Positions 10,817-21,809 of a DNA stretch of 64,000 bases are shown piece by piece. The DNA is taken from NCBI RefSeq assembly GCF_040954835.1, contig NC_090710.1:31580586-31644585 (forward strand). Reading direction: 5' to 3'. Each line of letters begins with the position of its first letter. The first letter of the stretch is position 1. The position numbers and the translations under genes are program-made. The DNA comes from Lepisosteus oculatus (Eukaryota). The notes below the pieces were generated by a model. The model searched no databases, was not told the origin of the DNA, and saw only the letters and a list, made by a program, of their open reading frames with translations.

Positions 10817-12224
10817 CTGGCGCCGTGCTGACGGGATCATCCTCCCGGGAAGGGGCGGGCTTTGGTTTGGGTTTCAGAGCCGGAAACAGCCTGGTCATCA
10901 GGTCTGAGGCCAGGGGAGGCCCGCTGTCTGCAGGACTGCCTCCTGGTTTACTGCCTGCCGCCTTCACCGCAGCCACTTTCCTCTTGAGCCCTTTGTCTGC
11001 GGCAGAGAGCCTGCCGGCCGCATCGTTGCCATTGACGTCTTCCTCTAGATCGTTCCATGTGTCGTCATCATCGAACACAAAGGCGTCCTCCGCCGCTGGC
11101 CCCGGCGCTGCAGGCGCTGTGGGGCTGGCGCTGCCCGTACAGCCAGCCTCGCCGCCGTCGCCGCGCCGCACGGCTCCGTCCTCGTAAGACGTTTTGTCGT
11201 ACCGGACACGAGCGTCGCAACCGTGGCCGCCGGCGCGAGCTCTCCCCACCCGCGGGGCCCTCCCCCCCGTCAGGGTGTCATCCATGTCCTCCGAGGCCGA
11301 GCCGCTCTGCCATGACGAATCGCTGTCTTCATCACATTCCCCGTTTCCGTCTCCGGGACCTTTATCCAGGTCCTTCAACACGGACTCCGACCTCGCCTGC
11401 TCTGTCCTGGTGTCCCCCGTTTCAGGCGGACTCCGCGCGGCCCGGTCGTGGGCGCTCCTCTCCGGACCCGTCTTCACGGCTTTCGGAGGTTTAATCGGAG
11501 TAGAGGACAGCCTGCGTCTCCTGCAGTCCAGCCGGTCCAGGTGCAGCACCCTCTGCACGAAGGAGGAGTTGCTGGAAAAGGATATTTCATCCGCCGCCTG
11601 TTCCAGGAGCTCAAATTCATCCAGCTCCAGGTTCTCCTTCTGCTTCTCTTTCTCCCAGCTCTCCAGCTTCCTCTGGAAGGACAGCTCAAAGGAGTACTCT
11701 TGCTCTGGAGGGGGGATGTGCATTGATGTTTTCGGTGGCACACACTGTTTTGTCTCCTCTGAGCACCCCTGCTTCGCCGGGGCCGTCTTGCCAGGCCCGG
11801 CACAGGCCGGCATGGAACCTCCTGCTTTTTTGCCTTGAACCTTCACGGCCAGTGCTTCTTGGGCCTGTCCCGAAACACTCAGCTGTTTTGACTCTACAGC
11901 AGCGCTGTGCCCAGCGGCACTGCCAAGAACATTTTGCGCCTTGCTTCCCTTGGCCAAGGAGACAACCTGCGACCTGTTTGGCGGGCCTGTCAGGCGCTCA
12001 GAGCTGCTTTCTTTGCTCAGTATGGCAGTCTTGCGCTGTACGGGCTGTTGACTGCTTCTGGGCGCCACTGTCCTCTGGCAGCTCGTCTTGGGCTGGGGTT
12101 TAGCGTCAGTTTTACTTGTCTCTTTGACTGGAGCGGCCTTTCCTTTAGTGAACCGAGAAAGACCCTCTCCTCGCTTCAGGAACGCCCTTTTCGGCTGGGC
12201 TTTTACCTCTGCTGCAGCCCGGCC
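10817..12224 (-). CDS. CENPJ: CENPJ large central exon (1408 nt)
   Basis: Continuous 469-codon frame; contains [39 protein letters not shown] (human [38 protein letters not shown]), FDDDDTWNDLEE.., LKRKVAAVK, DLMTRLFPALKPKPK; acceptor tttctaaag| at 12225-12230, donor CCAG|gtgagc at 10816. Confidence 0.88.
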
Positions 12225-12765
12225 CTTTAGAAACAGGAGATAACAGAGTCACTCTTATAGCTAAATGCTTCGAGTACAAAAGGTCCAGGGGACACGAAAC
12301 TGAAAGACTGAAGAAACCTATGAGTCGAATTATTTTTTCATCACAGTCGGTAATCGAAGTGGGTTGTTCCCCTGTGTGTTTGTGATTGCCCCTATATAAT
12401 TACCAAACAAATGCAAAGTCTTTACAATATTCATAAGAAAATACTTACTCTTAATAAGCCAATCATCTTTTTAAAAGTTTGCTTAATTATGAACAAAATT
12501 ACATGATACAGCCATGATAATTTGGGGTCAATTAAAAACAATTCCATAACTTTTCTAAAACATAACGGATATTATATCATTTTTCAAAACTTTTCCAGGT
12601 CTGGAAAATGACATTTTCCAGGATTTCCATGACCGTGGAGTATGGTTGTTCTGCATCAGGACCACAGCAGTCATGAACATGCGGTACTGTTTTAATCCAG
12701 GGCCAGATTCATCTCCATGGCATGAAGTGGGAAGTGTGGGTCAACAGATCTGACGGTGCGCCGAC

Positions 12766-12868
12766 CTGCTCCCGGTTTTCTCCCAGCCTCTGTTCCTCCA
12801 GCCTCATCTGCTCCTCCAGGAGCTCCTCGAACGTCTGCTTCCGGCCGCCAATCCCAGGCTTGATGGGC
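12766..12868 (-). CDS. CENPJ: CENPJ exon
   Basis: RPIKPGIGGRKQTFEELLEEQMRLEEQRLGENREQ vs human [34 protein letters not shown]; acceptor cacacag|, donor CAG|gtcggc. Confidence 0.8.
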
Positions 12869-13481
12869 CTGTGTGCACCGAGATCCGCAACAAGTTAACA
12901 TTGGAACAAAATGTGCAGGGTCACTCGGTTTCTCATCCGGGCTCATGGAGGATTCTAAACGACGACTAAAAGAATCAGAATTCTGAAACAACACGGAACA
13001 TTGCTCTGCACCAAGTAGGGGCTTTATCTATCTAAAAAAAGTTTTTGGAAAGATCTGTGCTTTGGAAGGGGTCTATGACGTGTGCATCTTCCCAGACTTG
13101 GACGTACAAGTCCTTGAAGCCTGGCGGTTCAGTTACTGATCTATTTCCAGTCTCGCCCTGTGCAATTTAAAATGTGCTCACAATGGCAGAACACACCAGC
13201 ATCAATACAGTATTCCTGCTAATATGCACTGTGACAGACGGCAATATTACAGTCAACAATACAAGATCTTAAACCGCGAAAGGAACTGGTACCATCTTTG
13301 ACTGATTTTTGGTGAAAAAGTTAGATTGAACATGTTTTAACACTTGATACGTGCCCCATCTCTCGTACTGAGACACCTTCATTCTGCCGGCAGATGTAAT
13401 GAAATTCATCATCAAGGCCCATTCCGTGCTCCATGTGGTGGTGGTGATGGTGAACGGCGCAGCCCCTGCCTGGGTGGGTAC

Positions 13482-13644
13482 CTGTCACTAGGCAGCGGGC
13501 GTCCTTCTCGTGGAGAAGCTGCTCCGGCTGGACCCGGAGCAAATTCGTCCCTCGCAGCTGGGTGGCTGCACTGGGGCTCGTCTTCATAACCACTGCTTCT
13601 GCACAGCTCTTCTCCACTCGGATCGTCACTCCACAAGCTTCTTC
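13482..13644 (-). CDS. CENPJ: CENPJ exon (N-terminal variable region)
   Basis: Acceptor cttgaacag|, donor GACAG|gtaccc; frame picked by phase continuity with the flanking exons (..SDDPSGEELCRSSGYEDEPQCSHPAARDEF..PLPSDR); low conservation as expected for this region. Confidence 0.6.
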
Positions 13645-13890
13645 CTGTTCAAGACAGGACTTCTCATATGAAACATCACAGTAGTAAAGGACAGCGGTGT
13701 CTTTCACGGTCAGAGAGAGCTGCTCAGGTCACTGACAAACCGCGGACTACAGAGGAGTGTCCCGAACGCCTGGGGAGAGCTACTGACACCCCCAGAACAC
13801 AATCATAAGCACTTCCTCTAGTATGTCAGGACGTGAATCTCTGAACCACACCAAGATCACAGAGCACTGTGTGTGGGCAAGGAGATCTAC

Positions 13891-14130
13891 CCAGACTGCA
13901 GTCGGAGTCCTCCTCTTCCTCGGTGTCAGAAGTGGCGCCTGCAGCCCGCTGCAGGACACAGGGGCTCCCTCCGAGAGCGCCAAGGGCAGGGCCCCCGTCC
14001 ACCTGCAGCCCTGGGGTGCACTGATCCAGAGGAGCCTCCCAGTCACCCGGGGGGTCGGGCTGCACTTCCGGGGTGAGAGGTCGTTCCCAGAGCTCCTCTC
14101 CCTCGACAGCCTGAGGCGCGTCCGGGTCGT
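13891..14130 (-). CDS. CENPJ: CENPJ exon (acidic/Ser-rich N-terminal region)
   Basis: Acceptor ttttcctcag|, donor CTGG|gtagat; DDPDAPQAVEGEELWERPLTPEVQPDPPGDWEAPLDQ...TSDTEEEEDSDCSL; phase-consistent. Confidence 0.6.
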
Positions 14131-14489
14131 CTGAGGAAAACAACCATCACTGCCCATCCCTCAAGTAACGATAACTTAGCTCATTCAAAAAAACAAACAA
14201 AAGCTATACACTTTCAGAAAAAAAATTAAATGTACCTAAATTAATCCAATTATCCCCCATATACATATTAACATCTGAGAAAAACATTATTCAATCTGCT
14301 TATTTAAGAATATCTAGCAAATCAGAATGGCTTTAACCCACAAATAAATAAAAAAATCTATAACCGTATTCCAGAAAAAAGCTATTTTTTTGTTCCAATG
14401 CTCCTTTTTCTAAATCATTTTACCAGTGTTTCTTGTTAGGAACTGGGCTTCAGCTCCCCGGTGATGGGCAGAAGCGAGTTCAACAGTAC

Positions 14490-14700
14490 CTGCGAGGGCC
14501 CGCGGACCGGGCCCGCTGGCTGTACCTGCGAGGGCAGCCTGCCCCTCTGCCTGTGACGGCGGCCTGCTGGCTGTACCTGCGAGGGCCTGCTGGGCGGAGG
14601 CCATGTGCAGCAGTCTCTGCTGCTCCTCCAGCAGTCTGCGCAGCTGCTGCATCTGCTGGTTCTTCAGCTGCTCCTGCTTCTGCTGCTGCCACTCCTTCAG
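14490..14700 (-). CDS. CENPJ: CENPJ exon 2 (coiled coil; 3' end carries ALAGTAS repeats and three in-frame candidate donors)
   Basis: LKEWQQQKQEQLKNQQMQQLRRLLEEQQRLLHMASAQ vs human [40 protein letters not shown]; acceptor cccttgcag|; donors GCAG|gtac at 14490, 14526 and 14577, all in phase. Confidence 0.75.
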
Positions 14701-15127
14701 CTGCAAGGGCAGGACTGTCAGAACAGCGCGAGGAGGGGGCTCTTTTCCCTGTGCCACACTCACAAACTACCTGCCCCCCCCCAGCAGGGAAATCCTGCAA
14801 CTCCAGAACAGCACAGACGCTGGCTGGCTACATTACTGCAGGCAGCGAGGGACCTTGTCTGTATATCCAACGTGAGGGATATCTCTGCCTACTAAGAGAG
14901 AGGCCTACGAACATCAATAAAAAATTATACCCATCACGAGCGATAAGCCGATCTCATCTGAGCTTTTTTGGGGGTTTGGTTTTGTGCCCTTACTTCAAAC
15001 AGAGAGTGACAGCTGACCACAGGACTGTGTTAAAACTCGTCTCTGGAACCAGTCACAGATGAGTGTGGACTACACCTGAAAGGAGGAATGAAATGCAGAT
15101 ACAGACATGTATCCTGGATGACTGCAC

Positions 15128-15466
15128 CTGTTCCAGCTGTCGCATTAAGGGAGCGCTGTGCCTCTGTCCCGCCGTGTCGAGCTCCTCCGGGCTGCCCAGC
15201 CGAGCAGCCGGGCCGGGCGCTGCGGACTCCGGGCCGGCCGGGCCGAGCGAGTCCACGCTGAGGCAGCTGCTGCTCCTGGACACGGGCAGAGGCAGGAACT
15301 GCGCGGAGAACGAGTCGTCTCCGCCCGGGGCGGCCGGGCTCCCGTCCCGGCCGGCGCGGCTGAGGAGGGCCGGCGGCGGGTCCAGAATCACCCCGGCTCG
15401 GGGGCTGCACGACATCCAGCGGGCCAGGAAACTGGGTTCGGGCTGCAGGCCCGCCGAGGCCGACAT
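15128..15466 (-). CDS. CENPJ: CENPJ first coding exon (ATG at 15466-15464)
   Basis: MSASAGLQPEPSFLARWMSCSPRAGVILD.. vs human [32 protein letters not shown]; donor CAG|gtgcag at 15127. Confidence 0.85.
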
Positions 15467-17324
15467 GGTGGAGGGGATGCAGCGCTGGGAAGGCAGAGTT
15501 CAGCTCAGAGGGCTCCCATTGAGGGGCTCAGCGGCGTCTCACTTCAAAACCTAGGACATTCACGTCATCAGATGCACGCATTTATCGGGCAGAAAATAAC
15601 AGATTATTGTTGCAGAAACTTAACAGACTAAAATCCAACAGACATTAGCTCGGGCAGGAATCTCATCATCCGAAATCCACTTCACCTTTGCCCCTTTTTG
15701 CACCCCAGTCTAACCTCATCGCCGGAGATCTGAACGTACCCATCGCACGTTTCTCCGTGTGAAAAGACGGAGATGCTCATGTCTTCCCGGTAAGACTCAC
15801 CAGAAGCTGTCGTTCCCCGTTTCTCCAGTGTCTCCTGGAGCTGCAAAAAGATATCGACCCGCGGACACGAAAGGAGAGCCGCGGGTTCACTACAAGCGCT
15901 TCGACCAAGACATAACTTTTTGTATTCCCTTTTGAACTATCAACCTTACCCCACAGCTACACGACGGCCCGACTCACGCAGGACCGAGCAGCAGTGAGAC
16001 GGCAGAAGCGCACTTCTTCCGCCTGCAAGAGCTTTACACGTCTGCCGCTGGACTAGTGTAACATGTCCACGTCTTCAGCTATGCATGTGCAAAAATGGCC
16101 CCTTTTTCAGTTCGTGGGGGGCTTTCCCGAGACACCGCACCGTCCTCTCGCCGTTCAAGACCCCGGGACATGCGTTGTCCATCTCAGCAAAAAGAAATCG
16201 CACCAAACCGGGCTCCTGTGTGCGAGTCCAGCTTAACATTCATTTGTCGACCTCCTCTCTCACATCACGAATCTGTGCCAAATGGCAAAGGACTGTCTGC
16301 ATAACTTTCTTAAGAGACGGTTGTTGTTGTTGTTTTTTTTGTTTTGCACATGTCTAATCCGAGTTGTATTTTATTGCCAGCGTAACCCTGTTTGAACGGG
16401 GTTGTCTCCGCTTTCCAGAGCCTTTTCATCGGCAGGATATCACAACTTTAAGAGCCGGGACGAATTCAAAGGGCTGTGTCAAACCGAGTTTTTTTCAGCG
16501 GAGATTTACTCACCTCGTCGATCCCAGACGTTTGGAGACTATGTATGAATGCACGAACTCACGCAGATGCGAACTGGGGAAAAAACACTTTCCGAATATA
16601 CCGCCATATAAAAACAATACCCGCGAGAGAGACAACTCAGCGCCAGGGCTATGGGTTATGGGAATTGTAGTTGGACAGGCGGAGTTTTCACGCAGCTAAA
16701 GGCGAGGAGTTCTGATTCTGGACTACATCTCCCACAGTGCAGTGCTCCGAGGACGTTACAGGGTTGAACCGCCGGTGGGGTACGAGGTCGCCCGTGTTTG
16801 CGCTGTTGTCAAGGCGGCGGGGAGACGCTAAAGGTGTTGACATTTTGTATTTGTCCTCTTCTCTGCTGTCAAAAATGCGATGAAAGACGCATTTCGCAAG
16901 ACCTTGCTGTTCTTATCACAAAAGCAACGGCACAGGACCGCGCTCGAAGCAGCGAAATTAAATCTTGTTCTCTCGTCTCCAGGGCCCGAAAAAAAGATAC
17001 TTCTTCACTCATTCTTGAATGTCATCCTACTGTTAGTTACCGTTGGTCAAGAACTCTGTTTTGTTCAACACAAGTTTACGATACCGAGAAACACGGACCC
17101 TATAACACTCGTAACTATATTTTTTCTTCTTTCAGCCTCATATACAGTGTAGTAAAATCTTAGTCTATCCCCGTGGCTCTCCAGTGTGAATAAACAGATC
17201 TACACAGTATATACTGTATATACTGTACACGGTCTTCGCTTTATAACGCGTTTTTTTCCTCTCTCCCCCGCAGTCGCAGCTCTGCGCAGACCCTGCCAGA
17301 TGCGCGTTCTGCCGGGCGGCTGCG

Positions 17325-17332
17325 TGACGTCA
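17325..17332. promoter_or_regulatory. perfect palindromic CRE/ATF motif TGACGTCA in the shared promoter
   Basis: Sequence gcgTGACGTCAcacc read directly; functional status unknown. Confidence 0.3.
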
Positions 17333-17845
17333 CACCTGCGCAGCTCAGCGAGTCTGCGGCTGCCGAGCGCTAGGAAGAACAATATATTTGCCCTTTCACA
17401 CAGCTGGGACTCCCAGCAGCTACAAACTTTTAAGTCGCACCCCACAACGATCCCACCTCCCCCCAGGTAAAACTAAACAGAGCTGTATCGCTTTCACAGC
17501 CGCCATTTCGTCTAGTCCTCTGGTGCGCAGTAAGGAGAAGTTGTTTTCTTTGGACTGTGTAAGGCATTAAACAAGACAAGACAAGAACTTTTCTCGGAAG
17601 CGGAACTGTTTTATCCAGGAAGGACAGGATATAGTCTGTGCATTTGAGTCGGTCCTGTTTTCTTATTCGTCGCTTTATTTTATCCCTTTTATTCAGACAG
17701 AAGACGTCTTCCGCGTCCGGCAGCCGTGGTGGGAGCTGACCAGTTCAGAGGTTCAGGAACCCAGGCGGATCTCTCTGGGGTCCGATAACGAGCAGATTGA
17801 GCCGACCTGTAAGAGCCCAGCTGTCCTGACCTGTCCTGTTTGTGT

Positions 17846-17889
17846 AAACACAAACACAAACACAAACACAAACACACACACACACACAC
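17846..17889. repeat. (ACAAAC)n/(CA)n microsatellite in the PARP4 5' region
   Basis: aacacaaacacaaacacaaacacaaacacacacacacacacacc. Confidence 0.9.
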
Positions 17890-18042
17890 CTCTCAGGAAA
17901 TACACCTTCACATGTCCTCGGTGGCTTGGGATCGGTTTCTGCTCTGTTCACGGACTGTGTGTCGTGTCGTGTAGGTGAGACCGAGCTGCGCTCTCCTGCC
18001 TTCTGACGCGTCTCCCGTCGGCTGCGCCGAGGACGCTAAACC

Positions 18043-18168
18043 ATGCCGGCCTTTGACAACTGCCTTGTGGCCCTGGAGGTGAAGGACCTGCACATCGGAG
18101 AGAAGAAGAAGTTAAAGGCTGCAATAACAGACAATGGGGGGAGCATTGCTTTTGTCATCAACAAGAAG
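18043..18168 (+). CDS. PARP4: PARP4 exon 1 coding part (ATG 18043; BRCT-like N-terminus)
   Basis: MPAFDNCLVALEVKDLHIGEKKKLKAAITDNGGSIAFVINKK vs human MVMGIFANCIFCLKVKYLPQQQKKKLQTDIKENGGKFSFSLNPQ; donor AAG|gtacag. Confidence 0.85.
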
Positions 18169-18640
18169 GTACAGTGTCCCTAAAACGTGCATGAAGCAGG
18201 GAGCAAAGTTCTGATGGTAGAACAGGCTTCGTGAAATGCTACATTTTTTTAGAAATCAGTGGATTTCAGTTGTGGACGTGACCTGTGGGCACACATTTAT
18301 GACAAACATTGAAAGCCGTCTGTGCCGGGACTTGCAGGAGGCACTGGTTTTGGTAAACTTAAACAGGCAGCAAGCTTGCATTCACTCTGAACTTTCTAGT
18401 TTGTCATCACCAATGATATCTTTTACGTGTAAAGTGCCTTTCCAGTCCCAAGGATGCTGTACGTAGTGATAAAAAAAAGTACAACTAAAAGTAAAAGGAA
18501 AAAATAGACAAGAGCATACAGGTTCATACAGATAGAATGTGGGACAATCAGCCACAGGTAAAAAAAAAAAAACAGAAGTTTTGATATAATTTTTTTTAGA
18601 TACACGTTTTCTCAACTAGACATTGCTGAGAAATTCAAGT

Positions 18641-18853
18641 AGGGAGCTGCGCCAGCACGCGTAGGCTGCAAAGGAACAAGTAAAGGTTTATTCCAGCTGA
18701 AAAGAGAAGAAATGAAACACAACGTTTCGGCTGTGGAGCCTTCTCCACCTGAAGAAGACTCCACAGCCTTCACACCTGAAGAAGGCTCCACTCCCAAAGC
18801 TGTGTTGCTTTTCTTCTCTTCTCAGCATGGAGTAAACCATTACTTGCTCCTTT
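18641..18853. mobile_element. palindromic (foldback/MITE-like) element, copy 1 (PARP4 intron 1)
   Basis: Near-perfect inverted arms of about 100 bp (ctgcaaaggaacaagtaa..gttcctttgc) around a short centre; flanked by the direct repeat tgagaaat. Confidence 0.65.
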
Positions 18854-18947
18854 GCTGAGAAATGTTTTTCTTATGGCCCTGAAAGGCCGTTATGTGCCAA
18901 CGACAGGCTCTCTGCCGGTCCCGAGAGCAGCAGACCTGCATCGCTCA

Positions 18948-19148
18948 TGTCCTGTGTCCTGTGTCCTGTGTCCTGTGTCCTGTGCCCTGTGCCCTGTGCC
19001 CTGTGCCCTGTGCCCTGTGCCCTGTGCCCTGTGTCCTGTGCCCTGTGTCCTGTGCCCTGTGCCCTGTGCCCTGTGCCCTGTGCCCTGTGCCCTGTGCCCT
19101 GTGCCCTGTGCCCTGTGCCCTGTGCCCTGTGTCCTGTGTCCTGTGCAG
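18948..19148. repeat. heptamer minisatellite (CCTGTG[CT])n, about 28 units, running into the acceptor of PARP4 exon 2
   Basis: tcctgtg/ccctgtg units read directly; the last unit is ..cctgtgcag|TGCACC. Confidence 0.9.
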
Positions 19149-19344
19149 TGCACCCATGTCGTTGTCAGTAACCTGGACAGCGTGAGCTCCAACCGCCTGA
19201 AGAGCATCCGCAGGTTCCAGGTGCCGGTGGTGGGGGTGGAGTACGTGTCTCAGTGCCTGGAACAGGGGAGACTGCTGGTGGTGGAAGGGTACTCTCCAGC
19301 TCTGCCACATCCCCGTGACCCCCCTCGCACCCCAAAACTGACAG
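19149..19344 (+). CDS. PARP4: PARP4 exon 2
   Basis: CTHVVVSNLDSVSSNRLKSIRRFQVPVVGVEYVSQCLEQGRLLVVEGYSP.. vs human CTHIILDNADVLSQYQLNSIQKNHVHIANPDFIWKSIREKRLLDVKNYDP; acceptor ..ctgtgcag| is formed by the end of the heptamer minisatellite; donor ACAG|gtagtg. Confidence 0.8.
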
Positions 19345-19703
19345 GTAGTGGCCGGCGGCTCAGGTGGCCCGTTCACCACCCGCTGTCAAACGCAGTGCGG
19401 ACGCTTTTCACTCAGAATTATTCCTTCTTCTAAGAGGCAGAAAATGGACCCTAAAAAGTGCAACAGAGGCTCCCAGAGCCCAATACAGCAGGTTTCCGGA
19501 GTCTCCTGACACTTTCACCGTTTTGAAGTCAGAGGTTTATTTTAAAGGGATTTGGGGCACCTGACATTATTCTAAGACTCCCTGAAGCCTGTTCACTCCT
19601 GTCTCATTTTCTTTCTTCCACTGAATTTACATGCTTCTCAAGGCAGGAGTTTGGGCTTGTCATTTAAAAGCCGGGGGAAACTGAAGATCTCTGTCCACTC
19701 CAG

Positions 19704-19791
19704 GTCAGCAGCCCAGAGAGCAGCCAAAAGACCTTCCGGAGCAGAATGAGGAAGAGAAGGCTGAGGAAGGCCCAACACTAGGCCATTTCAG
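19704..19791 (+). CDS. PARP4: PARP4 exon 3 (acidic linker)
   Basis: QQPREQPKDLPEQNEEEKAEEGPTLGHF; acceptor cag 19701-19703, donor CAG|gtgtgg; phases link exons 2 and 4. Confidence 0.65.
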
Positions 19792-20079
19792 GTGTGGTGG
19801 GCTTGTGCAGAGCAAACTGCAACACGAGATGATGCCTTACCTCTGTTTTTAAAAGCGTCTCCATTTTCTCAGGAATGAGGATTAAGGATAAGATCATGTC
19901 TACGACACTTTGTTCATGGTTTATGTCATTCCCATTGTACAGTGCCTTGCAAGTACAAAATGACTGATGCCCATTTCTTAAAATCAGTGTTTTGTTTAAA
20001 ACCTGAATGCTCAACCTGAAGACTTTCAGTCTTAATCAGCTGACAACATATGGGAAAGATAAGTAAATTTCAGGAAAAA

Positions 20080-20650
20080 TTGAAAAGAAAAAAACTTAAA
20101 TAGGTTGATTGCAAAAGTATTCAGGCCCACAAACCTGGTAGCAGCACTTTTGGCAGCACATACAGTTGCAAGTCTTGTAGGGGAGGTCTCTACCAATTTT
20201 GCACACCAGCGTAGTGCAATTGTAGCCCATTTCTCTTGGCAGATGTGCTCAAGCTCTCAAGATTTATGGGAATCATTTGTGGGCAGCAGTTTGCAAGTCT
20301 TTCCACAGATTACTGATAAGACTCAAGTCCGGAGATTGATTGGGCCACTCAGGCACATTCACTTTCTTATTGTCAAGCCTCTGGCCTCGTGCTTTGAGTC
20401 CCGTTGAAAGGTGAATTTCTGTCCCGGTTTTGGGTCTGAAGCAGGTTCACCTTTGTGATCTGTCAGTATTTTGCTCCCTCTGTGTGCCCACCAGTCTTAT
20501 CGAGCTTCCCAGTCCCTGCTGATGAGTGTCAGAACCCGAACATACTGCCGCCACCACCCTGCTGGACAGTGGGCATGGTGCTGACTGAGTGATGACCTCT
20601 TCTGGCTTTCAGTCAGATGTAATGCTCTGCGTTTAAAGACATGAGAAGGG
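20080..20650 (-). mobile_element. Tc1/mariner-type DNA transposon remnant (transposase antisense) in PARP4 intron 3
   Basis: ..ttttggcagcacatacagttgcaagtcttgtaggggaggtctctaccaattttgcacaccagcg..gattactgataagactcaagtccgg.. is the characteristic Tc1-like sequence; homologous to 30930-31520. Confidence 0.65.
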
Positions 20651-21016
20651 CCAAGCGCCTTTTTCTCATTTGTAACCTATCTAGCTTGTTTGGTAGTTAG
20701 TAGTTAATTGGTTTATTTTTTTTTAAAAAAATCAAAGTTTTGTCTTATCTGACCAAAAAGCCTTTTGTCACCTTTCGGTACTTTGGTGCAGACCTGGTGG
20801 TGGAAATGCCTCCACTTGAATTAACCCCTGGACTGGGATCGAGGATCACAGTTCCTGCTGGGGAAAAGGCCAGGCAGAAATGTCGATTGCGTTTTAGAGC
20901 CAGCGCTTTTCATGACTGCCAGAGTCAAGTGTAAACATGTTTTAGTAGCCCACTTGATGTGTTTCTGTTAATATATTTGTCTTTTATTCACATTTGCTGT
21001 GTGCTCTCCTGTTTAG

Positions 21017-21095
21017 GGTTTATGGTGAGAATGAGAAAGGCTTGCCGACATACCCAGAAGATTTCCAGGTGGCCAAGTATTCTGTTTTTGACAAG
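21017..21095 (+). CDS. PARP4: PARP4 exon 4
   Basis: VYGENEKGLPTYPEDFQVAKYSVFDK vs human EFGMQNVEIPHLPQDFEVAKYNTLEK; acceptor tttag|, donor AAG|gtaaac. Confidence 0.85.
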
Positions 21096-21344
21096 GTAAA
21101 CAGACTGTTTTCTTCCTGTATTCAAACATTCTGCTTTAATCGTCCTCTGTTCTGTAGCATTGTGTAATAATTATTGCAGGCAGGTATAGTGCAATCTTTA
21201 ATATTTGTTTTATAAGTCTGTCATTTTTTATATATGTGAGACATGGCCTAATATAAAATAATTTCAACCCTTTTATTCTCTCCAATAGAAAATATGAATA
21301 GCACAAAATGACAGTTCTGATTTACAAAATGAATCATATTAAGA

Positions 21345-21460
21345 AGTTTAATGGGGACTCCCCTCCACCGCCACCAGTGTGCAGCCCTACCTGGATGATG
21401 GGAATAGCTTATCTCTGGTACAGCAGTCATGAAAGCGCTGTACAATCACGGACAGAAATG
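21345..21460 (+). mobile_element. AAT-head family partial copy (variant 3' module)
   Basis: ggggactcccctccaccgccaccagtgtgcagccctacctggatgatgggaat..ggtacagcagtcatgaaagcgctgtacaatcac, shared with 47060-47160. Confidence 0.55.
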
Positions 21461-21774
21461 AGTCTCATAAACGTTCAGTATTGACTGTGTTCACACAGCC
21501 ACCTGACAGTTTTCAGATTGCATTCGAAGAAGATTCATTTCTATGCAGTTTGTGCAGTAAAATAAAAATAAATCAGTATTGTTATGCAGTTTCTACAAGG
21601 CTTTACAATAAGTATCTGAGGACATGCGGGATCATTGGAGCTCGGCAGGCTAGGGTCCAGTGCAATGGAGAGTGAACCGCGGATGGTATCGGCGCAGATG
21701 TGCACACTACTGGCAGGAGTCCTGTCCGTGCTGCTGTGAGCGAGGGCCGGCCGGAGAGCCGATCCCTCAGCAGC

Positions 21775-21807
<33 letters not shown>

Positions 21808-21808
21808 A
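21775..21808. repeat. (GTCT)n(CT)n microsatellite forming the polypyrimidine tract of PARP4 exon 5
   Basis: gtctgtctgtctgtctgtctctctctcag. Confidence 0.85.
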
Positions 21809-21809
21809 G

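Larger units (their letters stand above)
15467..18042. promoter_or_regulatory. CENPJ/PARP4 divergent (bidirectional) promoter region with 5'UTRs; CpG-rich
   Basis: CENPJ ATG at 15466 (-) and PARP4 ATG at 18043 (+) are 2.6 kb apart, head-to-head; high CpG density 15100-17450; TSS positions not determinable from sequence. Confidence 0.55.

Noticed and set aside
18890-19433. Long ORFs on both strands (e.g. 193 aa and 144 aa with TGHRAQG.. or CPVPCAL.. repeats)
   Set aside because: They are artefacts of the 7-nt-period minisatellite (a 21-nt periodic open frame). They lie in PARP4 intron 1, with no start or splice context and no homology.
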